Shown: one piece after another, positions 39,066-52,529 of the stretch
How the letters are laid out: each line of letters opens with the position of its first letter
Position numbering within the stretch: position 1 is the stretch's first letter
Source of the DNA: Octopus vulgaris
Taxonomy: Eukaryota
Direction: 5' to 3'
Assembly: GCA_951406725.2 (NCBI GenBank)
Contig: OX597819.1
Location: 16,182,001 to 16,246,000, forward strand
Length of the DNA stretch: 64,000 bases
Translations under genes and position numbers: made by a program
Notes under the pieces: generated by a model
Databases searched by the model: none
Told to the model about the DNA's origin: nothing
The model's input: the letters and a program-made list of their open reading frames with translations, nothing else

Positions 39066-39293
39066 TATACTCCTTCCCACAGAATACGCACAGACGTGAA
39101 CTACTAGAAATAACAAAGGACATATTGGATAATGTAAATTTTTTTTACATATCTCTTGAATGACGGGATGGTCACGGTTGGAAAGCTTTTCCTCATAAGT
39201 ACTGGCTGTTGGTGCAGCTCTTTGTCCCTCTAGCTGTCCCCTCCTGGATTGACCTGGGGTTAAACAACAACTAATACACACGCATACATACAT

Positions 39294-39331
<38 letters not shown>

Positions 39332-39988
39332 TTAGAGATATAGATCACACCCACACACAAACGCTACATACACACACACACACACACACACACACGCTGA
39401 AGAGGACACGCACAAACACATTGATACGCAAACAGACTGAAAGAGAGGTGTTGAGAAAGGGGGAGGTGTGTGTGGGATGTGGGGGGAAGAGAGGGTTGGT
39501 GGGACGAGGTGAGTGAAGGAGAGTGAGAGTGTGTTAGGAGGTTGGGGGTGAGAGAGAGAGAGAGAGAGTGAGGGGAAATACTAGCTGAAAGTGATAGAAG
39601 AAATATACGGGTGGGTGGGGGTAGGGTGTTGAGACCATCGAAATAAAACACCTGTGTTTTTGTGTTTAGGAAAATAATCAATAAAATGCTTGACCTCTGA
39701 CCCTTCAAATGAAACTCGAACACCCAACACCCCTTCTCTGCTCGGTTTACACCCGACCACCCTTAATCTCATCAAGCTACCTGCTCCTCAACGACGAACC
39801 ACCTGATCCAACCTTCACGACAAACAAGCAGCACACACGCGCATGTGTAGTGTGTATATTTATATACATACATTGTGTGTGTGTGTGTGTGCGTGCGTGT
39901 GTATATATACAAACATGTATGTATGTGTGTGTATGTGCGTGTACATATATATATATATATATATATATGTACATATTATATATATATA

Positions 39989-40032
<44 letters not shown>

Positions 40033-40465
40033 TTTTTTATATATGTATATATTCATATATATATATTTATATATGTATATATTCATATATATATGTGTAT
40101 ATTCATATATATAAATATATATGTACGAATGTGCCCTCTCGTTTCTCATCTCCACATGTAGCAGTCTGGACCATCCACCGCCCAACCCACCCCGTTGCAG
40201 ATACTCCCTCCCCACTTCCATTCACACACCCGTACATCCACCCCTATCACAACCGATCCAACCAACCCATATTTTACCTGTACACATGCGCACGCCTGAT
40301 ACACTCTGCCCACTGCAAATATCATTATATATACATACAGCCATATACGTTGGTGTGTACTGCATACGTGTTTCTATGTGTGATTGTAAGTTTGTATGTG
40401 TGTGTGTGTGTGTGTGTGTGCGCGCACATATATATTCAATATATACATACATGTGTGTGTTTATA

Positions 40466-40499
<34 letters not shown>

Positions 40500-40692
40500 C
40501 ATACATGTGTGTGTTTGTCGATAGATATCTTCCGATCAGTGTCAGATGTGAGCATGATGACCAAATGGATAAGGAGGTCGTCTCGCAATCATTAGGTCCT
40601 GAGTTCAATCCACTTACGCGAGCTGATTCAATCGTGAGCGAAATTTTTCTCGTAGACGGTAATTGAAAAAAGGCCGTTGCATATATATATGC

Positions 40693-40727
<35 letters not shown>

Positions 40728-40911
40728 TGCCTTTGCATCTATGCTTGTCTCCCATCACCATTTGGTAATCGGTGTTGGTGTATTTACGTCCTCATAATTT
40801 AACGGTTCGGTAGAAAAAAGTTTGATTCGTTCAACTAAATTTCTTCATAGCAGTGCTCCTGCATGACCACAGTCAAATGACTGAAACAAGTAAAAGATAT
40901 ATGTATGTATG

Positions 40912-41415
40912 TCGTTATTCAGTTTATTTCAAGATTTCTTACCAGTAGAGAAAGAACCGGTTTCTAACCCAGATCCAAAGCCCCTTCATTGGAATTTCAA
41001 CATAAACATCAAGGTATTTTTGCTTGTATGTATGTATGTATGTATGTATGTATGTATGTATGTATGTATGTATGTATGTATATGTGCAGATTTATACGTT
41101 TTGTCTTATGTATGTATTCTCATGCATATAACTGCATATCTAGACATGCTCATATATATTTACTGATAAACTTATGGAAAGTTTTACAGATTTTGACAGT
41201 TCCATTGATGGATTGAATTTGCAGTCTTCGAATTAACTTTCTTCTTTCTGGTTTTGAGAAGCCTAATTTCTCAAGATTGGTATTTAGACAGTGTGTTACA
41301 TATCTCAGGGCCCCAATAATTACAGGTACAAACCTGAACTTGTAATCTGGATAGAGTAACTGCAGATTTCTTAATAGTTCAGCATAGATGTTCTCTTTTT
41401 CACTGAACTTCAGCT
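40912..41415 (-). mobile_element. RLE-type LINE 3' end associated with (TATG)n
   Basis: Translation EKENIYAELLRNLQLLYPDYKFRFVPVIIGALRYV..INGTVKICKTF; flanked and interrupted by (TATG)n. Related pieces at 21280-21440 (+) and 47920-48140. Confidence 0.75.
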
Positions 41416-41859
41416 ATGTATGTATGTATGTATGTATGTATGTATGTATGTATGTATGTATGTATGTATGTATGTATGTATGTATGTATAAGTATGTCTA
41501 TTACACATAATTCACCTAATGGAATAACTGGAACATTCCTCGTTGAAATCAACGGAGGACCATAGATTTGTGTGAGCTAGCATTGGTGCTTTTACAACGG
41601 CCACTTGACCTGCTAGAAATAGCGGTCAGACCTTTTCTTTCACCCCACCAAGTCTTTAAGAAAAGATGGAGAACACTGGATATTGTAGTCCGTGGTGGAC
41701 GTTCTGGGAAAACAAATAGTGATGGATCGAATGAAAAGTCTTCTTGACCAGGATTGGACTAACCTGGGGTTTAGTTAATTTATGGTGTTATAGTTATTTG
41801 AGTACGTGTGTGTGTGTGTGTGTGTACGTGTGTGTGTGTGTGTATCTATATCGGCGCTG

Positions 41860-42175
41860 GATTAACCTTAGAGCATTAAGGGAAGGGGGCCACCACAGAA
41901 ACGTGTACCCTTCACGTAGTTCTCGGGGAGATTCAGCGCGACACAGTGTGCAACAAGGCTGGCCCTTTGAAATACAGGTACAACAGAAACAAGAAGAAAA
42001 AGTGAAAGTTGAGGTGAAAGAGTACAGCAGGGATCACCACCACCCCCTGTCGGAGCCTCGTGGAGCTTTAGGCGTTTTCGCTCAATAAACACTCACAACA
42101 CCCTGTCTGGGATTCGAAAACGCGATTCTACGATCGCGTGTCCGCTGCTCTAACCACGGGGCCATTGCGCCTCTC
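41860..42175 (-). mobile_element. SINE family C
   Basis: Reverse complement of GAGGCGCAATGGCCCCGTGGTTAGAGCAGCGGACACGCGATCGTAGAATCGCG. Confidence 0.8.
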
Positions 42176-42401
42176 CACACGTTTCAAATATAAATAAGGA
42201 GGAATTATGAGAAAGATAAACATTATTTGCCATCTTGCTATTTTGTTTCATTTTCAAAAATATGAAAATAATGGTTTATTATTGTTGTATTTAGGAATGG
42301 TCATTTTGCCAGGTTAGCCAATAAAAACACACGCACTATATATTTGGTGTTACTTTGCTTCAGCGTCATTTATTTTTTACATTAATCTTCATCTTATTTC
42401 G

Positions 42402-42445
42402 GCCAGAGTTCTTTCGTCACACTCCTGTGACCGCATCAGTGGTAC
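42402..42445 (-). ncRNA. Hammerhead-like variant
   Basis: CCA-CTGATGCG-GTCAC-AGGAGT-GTGAC-GAAA-GAAC-TC-TGG. Confidence 0.5.
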
Positions 42446-42699
42446 TTTGCTTTCTTCTTTCTTATTTGTGTGTCTCTTCTTACTAACGGTTAGCAAATTT
42501 GTATTCTGTATTTCTGTTGTATGTGTCTTCATTTGCGCATGCGTACACCTCTATGTGTGTCTATGTTTAGTTAGTATGTGTGTGTGTGTGGGGGGGGAAT
42601 GCCTGTAATATTTGTATCTCCTGTTTATATACGTTCGTGTAATTTGTTTTTGTTTATATTTTGAATTATATATATAGAGAGTAGGGAGTAAAATGTATG

Positions 42700-42840
42700 A
42701 AGGGACTAGTATACTTTCTTGCATTATAGCAGTCTTCAAGGTCCCAGGTTGTGACAGGAGTGTTTCCACAGTTGAAACACTCCTGTCACAACCTGGGACC
42801 TTGAAGACTGATATAATGCAAGAAAGTATACTAGTCCCTT
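42700..42840. repeat. Near-perfect fold-back (67-bp arms, 7-nt loop)
   Basis: 42700-42766 pairs with 42774-42840 with 1 mismatch; right arm starts GAAACA-CTCC-TGTC. Confidence 0.95.
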
Positions 42841-43017
42841 TATATTTTATAGGACAATCAATACTTAATTTCATTTTATTATATACATATTATTTATGCT
42901 ATATATTCTATATTGTACATTAATATTATAAAGAATATAAATAAAACATAAAAAACAGACAGAGTTGGAATTTCTTTGAATAATATATATCCCTCTATAC
43001 ACAATCATACAAACCCC

Positions 43018-43089
<72 letters not shown>

Positions 43090-43348
43090 CGTGCATACCT
43101 ACACATATATGTAAATATATACATATACTCAAACAGAATAATACCTGCTGAGTGGGCTTAACAAATATATTTATAACATTGAGCTAGAGCACAGTGGGCA
43201 AATGTTTTCGATAACCCTGGGTCTATCAATGCATTGATAGTGAATTTGGTAGATGGAAATTGAAAGAACCCCTTCGTGTATATAAATATGTGTGCGTGCG
43301 TGCGTGTGTGTGTGTGTTTCTACATATATGCACACACACTCACACACA

Positions 43349-43410
<62 letters not shown>

Positions 43411-44635
43411 TATATATTATGTGTGTGTATGTGTGTTTGTCCTCCCACGGCTTGATAACCGTTGTTAGTTTCTTTACGTCCCTGTAAGGTAGCAGTTCGG
43501 CAAAATAAACCGATGGAATAAGTAACAGAGAGATCGGTCGATTTGTTTGACTAAATCCTTCAAGGTGATGCTCCAGCTTAGCCGCAGTCCAATGACTGAA
43601 AGTATTAAAAGATGAAAGCAAAGTAAGGAGAAAATTTGGCTGTCATCTCCTTGAATTCTCGAATCTTCTCTGATGTCTTCGAGTTTAAACATTTCGCAAA
43701 TTAGACAAACGTGTTTTGTCCTTTTATATTAGGACTTAGTCAATTTGCTTTCACCAAGCTGTACTTGATATCCTGCCTCTGTTCTTCCATTATATTATTC
43801 CATCGCATTGAGGGCGGAGCACTAGCAGAATTGTTACTGTACCGGACGAAAAGCTTTGTAGCATTTCTTCCGGCTCTTCACACTCTGAGTTAAAATGCCG
43901 TCATGGTCAACTTTGCCTTTCATCCTTTCGGAGTTAATAAAATGTCAGTTAAGTATTAGGATCGATGAAGTCGACTTGCCCCTTCCCTCAAAATAGCTGG
44001 TCTTCAACCAAAATTAGAATTATTTCATTCATCTCTCTCTCTCTCACTCTCCGTGTTTGAGTGTCACTCAATTAGATCACTGCTCTCTCTACATATCTCT
44101 TACTACCGTAGCTGTACAGTATAGCCGTACTCAGTGAGGTCGACTCGCCACAGTCTTTGGTTTCATCTTAAACCATCTCCTATTTAATGTCTTTCTTCTT
44201 CACTCATCTTTTGCATGAATCGTTTCGTTGTTTCTCTTTTTGCTTCAACTGTTATATTTCGTTTCATTGTAAATTGTTGTACGAATCTGAAGCGGGAGTA
44301 TGATGCGTAAAATGCAATTGAAATACAACAAACGTAACACCATTGCTGCTTGAAATAGGAAATCAAATGCTGTAGTTACTGGGGACGGCCGGCCATCAGC
44401 TGCTCTCGTTTCTTTAAAATTTAGTGACAATATAATATTCACGGCGCATTTGGCTGTTTTATGATATATCAAAGTTGTAATTATGAAAAAAGTTGGGGGC
44501 TTTCAGAAAAAAGAAAAAAAAAAATGTTTATATAAGAGTTTTTGAAAGTTTGAAACATAACTTATCACTACCGTTGTGTAAATGGAAAAAAAAAAAAGAC
44601 ATACTATATTTCACTTCGAATGCAAAACAAGGCAG

Positions 44636-44746
<111 letters not shown>

Positions 44747-45018
44747 AATCTCTCTGCCTGTCTGTCTGCCTGTCTATCTATCAATCTCTCTACCTGTCTG
44801 TCTGTCTGTCTGCCTGTCTATCTATCAATCTCTCTGCCTGTCTGTCTGTCTGACTTAACAAATATATTTATAACAATGAGCTAGAGCGCAAGGGGCAAAT
44901 GTTTTCGATAACCCTGGGTCTACCAATGCATTGAGAGTGAATTTGGCAGATGGAAATTGAAAGAAGCCCTTCGTGTATATAAATATGTGTGTGTGTGTGT
45001 GTGTGTTTCTACATATAT

Positions 45019-45066
<48 letters not shown>

Positions 45067-45304
45067 TCATAACAACGTTCCTCCCTGTTGGTGACCATTG
45101 TCAGCAACGGAAATAAATCACTTCCGCATTGTCTGATTGATATTTGAACTCTACCACCGCCTACATCAATACCAACAAACCAACGCCTCATCACAATCAC
45201 ACTCAGCACCAGGACCACTACTACATTACAACCCACGTGATGTCTTCCTTATAAAACCACACCCAAGTGACATTCCCTCGCTAACACAATACACCCGGCT
45301 TTCA

Positions 45305-45418
45305 CGGGTTCAGTCCCACTACATGGCACCTTGGGCACGTGTCTTCTACTATAGCCTCGGGCCGACTAAAGCCTTGTGGGTAGATTTGGTAGACGGAAAC
45401 TGAAAGAAGCCCGTCGTG

Positions 45419-45480
<62 letters not shown>

Positions 45481-45927
45481 TGTGTCTGTGTTTGTCCCTC
45501 CCACCACCATCGCATGACAACCGATGCTAGTGTGTTCACGTCCCCGTAACTTATCGGTTCGGCAAAGAGACCGATAGAATAAGTACTAGATTTACAAGGA
45601 ATAAGTTCTGGGGTCGATTTGTTCGACTAAAGGCAGTGCTCCAGCATGGCCCTAGTCAAATGACTGAAACAAATAATGGAATACAAGAATAAAATATTGT
45701 ATACAATTTAGTTACTATTATATTAAATAGCAAATGATTCTTAGTGTATATAAATTAGCAAAATATAAGGAGTGGCTGTGTGGTAAGTAGCTTGCTAACC
45801 AACCACATGGTTCCGGGTTCAGTCCCACTGCGTGACATCTTGGGCAAGTGTCTTCTGCTATAGCCCCGGGCCGACCAATGCCTTGTGAGTGGATTTGGTA
45901 GATGGAAACTGAAAGAAGCCTGTCATA

Positions 45928-45985
<58 letters not shown>

Positions 45986-46197
45986 CGTGTGTGTTTGTGT
46001 GTCTGTGTTTGTCCCCCTAGCATTGCTTGACAACCGATGCTGGTGTGTTTACGTCCCTGTCACTTAGCGGTTCGGCAAAAGAGACCGATAGAATAAGTAC
46101 TGGGCTTACAAAAGAATAAGTCCCGGGGTCGAGTTGCTCGATTAAAGGCGGTGCTCCAGCATGGCTGCAGTTAAATGACTGAAACAAGTAAAAGAGA
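45305..46197 (+). mobile_element. Two tandem SINE family B copies (45305-45680, 45768-46197)
   Basis: Both match 2659-3050; the second is nearly full length. Confidence 0.88.
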
Positions 46198-46684
46198 ATA
46201 TAAAAATAAGGGTGGGGGGCGCTGAGGGTAAAAGTTTGAGAACCTCTGCTCTAAACGATAAGATGTTCTTTATGAAGTCAGCCGCCATTTTGTGAAACGT
46301 TCGAAAGCCTTTTGCTGGATTTGTCCTTGTTTCTCAGTTACTCTTATATACTTTTACTGGTTCTAGCCAGTTGGTTGTGGCCATGATGCAGCAACACCAC
46401 CATCACATTACATTAGTTCCCATATTATTTGATTAAATTATCCCATACCTTCAGATTCCATTGTTAAACAGGAAACTAAAGGAAAGTGTCATGAATTATA
46501 AAACTACTTCAGCTGTTGACTCCTGTTTGATAAATCACACACTATTGTTTCGAAGAACACACATCTGCAAATTTTAGTCGAAGGTACACTATGCTCGAAT
46601 AAAAAAAGGGGATGGTCATGGCTGGACCGTCTTGAGCATCTGTCCGTGCTAAACAACTACAACTAACAATATCATCACTACTCT

Positions 46685-46752
<68 letters not shown>

Positions 46753-46899
46753 TGTGGGTGTTGCTGCTGTGATAGTCAACTCTAACATTTCACATAAGAA
46801 GACACGGTGTTCCTGTTGTAACCAAATTGCTGCAATGTCCGAGTAAAAGACATTCATCACAGTTTAATTGGGAGGATGTCTTATCTATTGATGGCCGGC

Positions 46900-46939
<40 letters not shown>

Positions 46940-47162
46940 GCATTCCCTGGTATATTACACACACACACACACACTCGCATGCACACGCACGTGCATGCAC
47001 ACACACAGACACATATACACACATACTTAAACACAGATCCTGTGAGTATGTGTGTTCAAGGGTATGTGTGTGTGTGTATATATATATGAGTATGTATATT
47101 TGTGTGTGTATATGTGTGTATATATATATGCATATCTCTATATCTGTATATATATGTATATA

Positions 47163-47237
<75 letters not shown>

Positions 47238-47292
47238 TTGTGTGTGTATCTATATATGTGTATATATATATATATATATATACACACGCACG

Positions 47293-47323
<31 letters not shown>

Positions 47324-47502
47324 TTATATATTATATATTATATATTTCTCTCACATTAACACAGGCATCAAGTTATATACGAATTGATGTAATTATCCAT
47401 TCATATAAATACACACATTCTCCATAGCGGCATACATACATAACTGAGTGTGTGTGTGTGTGTGTGTGTTTGTGTACATATCTATACATACACGCAAAAA
47501 AT

Positions 47503-47542
<40 letters not shown>

Positions 47543-50500
47543 GAGTGTATAGAGAGAAGGAGGAATGAGGTGGTAAAGTGAGGATACAAAGGTGAGGGAA
47601 GAGGAGACACTGAAAGGGAGAGGCGGATAGAAGACTGTGGGAAGAGAAAGACAGATATGAGAACGAGGACCGCCAGGTCTCACGTGATTCACTAATTTGT
47701 AAAAAATCTAATTAACTAACAGCACACTCCAGACTAGTTTGACATCACTCGCCATATTACTCTATCATCTGTACACTTGTGTGCGTGTATATCTATGTAT
47801 GTATCTATATATATGTATATATGAACGGTAGAATGTATGTATGTGTTTGTGTGTATGAATGTATGTATGCATTTATATGTGTGTATATATGATATTTTGA
47901 CTGTATGTACGCATGAATGTTATTTAGTTTTCTTTCTTCCCAATGGAGGAGGAGCCGGTTTCTAACCTAGATTCAAGGTTTCTTCACTGAAATTTCAACA
48001 TCAACTGGGCCGTTGTGCATGTATAGTGTATATGTGCAAGTATCTAGTGCAGATCTGCATGTTTCATTTATGTATTTTCATGCATATCGTTGCACGTCAA
48101 CGCATGTGCATTTGTACTTAAAGGCTAAACTTTTGGAAAATTATACATATTTTCACCGTATAGCTATACACTCAGACATACAGACAGACACATCCACACG
48201 CATTCCTGGGGTTACGATTCACAGGAATATAGGCCACTTAAAATAGAGAACTGAAAATAGGAAAACACTGAATGTTATTTTGTTTTAGTCAATGAACCAA
48301 ATATTTCTTTTGTTGCTTGAGGAGTTGTTAAGAAACTCGTTTTGCAAGCACCTGGTTTCGGGTTCGGTGCCGATGCGTGCTATGTAGTACAGCCTTGGAC
48401 CCACCAATGCCTTGTGAGGGAATTTGGTATACGGAAACTGAGTGGAAGCTCACCACACATGTATGTATGTGCGTGTGTCTGTGTTTCTGTGTTTATCCCT
48501 CCACTACTTGGCAACCTATGCTTCTTTATGTTCCATAACCTAAAATCCTTCAAGCCGATGTCCCAGCATGACCACAATCCCTTCTTCTTCGAAGGCCATT
48601 GGACCGGAAGTCATTTAGATTTCACCAGTGTTTTAGTACGACGGAAAATACAAAACGTCTTCTGAACTGGACGCCTGTCTGTTACAGGGCTGACCTACCA
48701 ACTGCTGGTCGGTTGACTGAAGCCACATGAAATGGACTACCCTGCTCAAGGACAACACTACATACTGTCCGATCCTAGAATCGTTCCCGGGACCAAGCTA
48801 CCGTGGGTTCAATACCCAATCCACTATCTGTCTTCACACACACTGTGAGTATTTGTGTGTACAGAAGTCCACTACATTATTGAAAGGTTGCAGTCTTGAA
48901 AGGTTTCAGTCTTGAAAGCTTGCCGTAACGTGAAATTCTGTAACACGATATTTACACATTGACTTCCATATTATAAAATTGTTTCTAAATTGAACACAAG
49001 GCCAAGTTTGAAGGAATGAGTTTCTTCAATACCATCAGCCACATTTCTTGACTGGAATTTTATTTTATCGACTCTGAAACGACGAAGAGCAAAGTTCACC
49101 TCGGTGAGATTTGAACTCAGAATGTAAAAAGCCGGAATGAATACCGCAAGGCACTTTATTCCGTTGCTTTAATTATCCTCCCAATCTGCTAAAACTTCTC
49201 TAAGGCATTTTGATATGCGTTTCTACATAATTTTTCTAGAAAATAATAGCAAGTAACAAACTGTAGCAGGTCCGTCAATACACCCATTTTAATAGGCGAA
49301 AACATCCCTATTTAGACCCATGCAGTGTGTAGATAAGGAACATACATTCGGGAAGGAATGAGAATCATATTGTGGTTAAAAATACTTTTTGATATGATGC
49401 AACAGGAGAAGGCGGCGGGGGGGGGGGGCATTATCTTCTGTCTTGTCCCTTAAATCGTTTTCCTTCTCAACTTCCTCATCGTTTTCATCTTGTGTTTCAA
49501 CGGTGAACAACTTATGCAAACGTGTTTAAGGTTCACGGCGCATTATTTTTGGTACAACACTGTAGGAACTGAGCTCTGCGATTGCTACACATTGCTGAAG
49601 AGGAAGGAAGATAACTAAAGAAACCGATATAAAGATATTGACACAGATGGAAAGAGTAAGTGAGAGGGGGAGGAAAAAGAGTGGGAGGAGGAGAGAGTGA
49701 GAGATTATGCAAATATGCAGTCGCAACTAATTATATGAATGAATACATTTACCGATTTATCTACGGGTAAACACACACACACACACGCAGACACACACAT
49801 ACACAGACACACACATGCACACACTCCATACACCCCTACCCTCAAATATGCACAAACATATGTATATACATAGCTACATGTATGTACATAAGTACATATA
49901 AATACGCTTATCTGTCTGTCTGTCTGTCTGTCTGTATCTATGTATATATATATCCATCCGTTCGCATGTCAGTAGATTTAAATGTTATGTATATACATAT
50001 ATAGACAGGCCCATGTGTATGTATGTAAATATGTATATATATGTACATACATATGTAAGTACATCTGTTTGCATGTATTTTCAGACAAATATTTTCTTTT
50101 CAAAAGAAGAAAAACAACACTAACAACAAAACCAATAAATCCTATTTAATGTTTCAATATCTGTATTTTCTCTACTTGTGGTGGTCTTTGGCATGGTTTG
50201 TAGTAGCATCATACAGACATTCCTGCGAACGCATTTGACTGCATACACAATGAACTGCTTTGGTGCAGTTGTGTATGTGGGTATGTATGCTCCACATGAC
50301 TATATGAATATCAAAGCAGGCTGGGCCGTGGCTATGAGCTTTGAAAGTGTGGCAACACACAGCAAAAACTACACACACGTATGAGTGTGTGTGTGTGAGT
50401 GTGTGCATCTGTCTATCTGTATAATATATTTATTTATGCATACATACATTTTATATGTATGCCTGTCTGTTTGTATGTATGATGTTTGTGCATGTATGTA

Positions 50501-50860
50501 TGGATTTGTGTATATGTATACAACATACACGCACACATTCACACACTCGTATATACATGTGTGTGTGTATTTTGGCCTTCTTTCTCATAGAGTTCGGTGT
50601 TAGCGTGTATCAAAGCTCTCCACAGTAATCTACTCGCCATGACAAGGTGTGATGTGTTACTCTAAATAGTAATTTATGTTTAAATTGTATGCACGCATTC
50701 ATACATACGTTCCGAAAACAATGATTTAGAAAAACATTACAATACAACAGCGACCAGATTACCTATGAGAACAAAAGGCTGAAACCTTTACTTTAAAACT
50801 TTTAATTATCCTGATATTTCGGACAACTTGTTTCTCGTCGACTGAAGAACGTCGTCTTCG

Positions 50861-50913
<53 letters not shown>

Positions 50914-50972
50914 CGTGTATGTGTGTGGACGTCCTAGTATATAGTTCTACAAATTATATTCATGTGGACGGT

Positions 50973-51042
50973 CACACCGAAGATCTACGGACATTTACGT
51001 AAGTAAAATTACGTAATATGGTAATAGTGAAATATGTATGTG
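50973..51042 (+). ncRNA. Degenerate hammerhead (CCGAAGA core) in a PLE-like fragment
   Basis: CACA-CCGAAGA-TCTA..TAGT-GAAA-TAT-GTA-TGTG; same family as 4930-5005. Confidence 0.55.
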
Positions 51043-52529
51043 AATAATCCATATTTTTATTGCTTTTCTTTTGTCTTGCTCGATTACGTTTTGGTTGTTT
51101 GTTAAGTTTTTCTTGAGAACATCGCTTAGTGGTAAGACCATAGCGGATCTACTTCTAGCATAAGGGTTGTCCACATAGTGGTTATCCCACTCATATGTAT
51201 ATAATACAATTTTACTGAACCTTCAGTTTTTTTATATGCTGGACCACTGGTGTGAAATTGATGTTAATTAAATTAATATCAAATTTCTCATCCTCATTTT
51301 AAGTATATATATATATATAATATACACATAAAAGAACAAAGTAACAGGCGACAACAAAACATCCAGACAGTTGGACGATACAAAAAAGAACAGGAAAAAA
51401 CAAGGATAGGCCATTCGGAGCTTTCTTTCATCAGTCGAGTTCCAGATCGTCGTTGCAGTTTCGGCCGGTTACACTTGAGACTGCTCCAATCTGGCCGGCC
51501 CCAAGAAAATCTAAGCTACGAGCATATATATAATATATTATCTCCAGGCAAAATGCAAAGATTCGAAAATGCAAATATACGAGCATATATATATAATCTT
51601 TGCATTTTGCCTGGAGATAATTCCTGCCAGGACATATAGAAAGTGCTGGAGAAGGTTCACCAGCACGAGACCTTACCTGCCCAAGATCAAATCATTGCTA
51701 GACTATATATATATACATTTATTTGTGTGTGTGTATATGTGTATGTGTATATATATATATATATATGCGCGCGTGTGTGTGTGTGCGCGTGCGTGCGTGC
51801 GTGTCCTCCCACCATCGCTTGGTGTGTTTACGTCCCCATAACATAGCGGTTCGGCACAAGAAACAGATAGAGTAAGTACTAGGTTTACAAAGAATAAGTC
51901 CTGGGGTCGATATGTTCGACTAAAGGCGGTACTCCAGCATCACCTTAACGCATTTTGATGCTTTACTCTAAATAGTACACGATAGTAATGTCTTTATAGT
52001 ATAGGCAAGAAGAAAAAGCGTAGGGGTGAATGAGAGTTCTAACCAGTACAGACTGGAGTATTGTGGTGCTTGATATTATCTTATTATTTCAGGGGCAAAT
52101 TGATTGCTTTGTGGTTATTCAAGGTCCATTCGGTATTAGAAATCCATTTTGTGTTCTCCAATTTTCGGATGGTCTATGTTTGTGCCTGACGATAAAAAAA
52201 TTTGCGATATCGTCATCGTCTATAAACAACAGTAAAACTCTTATACTTTAAACTGAATCACCAGACCATGGCACACAGTGAGTGCATATATAATTTTATA
52301 TACTAATTGCCGCTAGAAACACGGATCTATGTCCAGAGTGTGTATGTGTGTGTGTACTTTTTTTTGCATTTCATTGAAATGTAAAAATTCGCGCACGAAC
52401 ATATTTTATTGTCATATCTTCGAAATATTTGCCTCTCTCTCTCTCTCCCTCTCTATCTGTATACATACATACATACATACATACATACATACATACATAC
52501 ATACATACATACGTACATATATATATATT

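Noticed and set aside
43688-43762. Hammerhead-like motif on minus strand (TTGGTGA..GCAAATT/AATTTGC..GAAATGTT)
   Set aside because: Too many core changes and no stem I. Similar doubtful cases at 50810-50862, 51455-51505 and 57785-57830 were not counted.
46205-46247. hAT-like terminus TTTGAGAACCTCTG
   Set aside because: No matching opposite terminus found.
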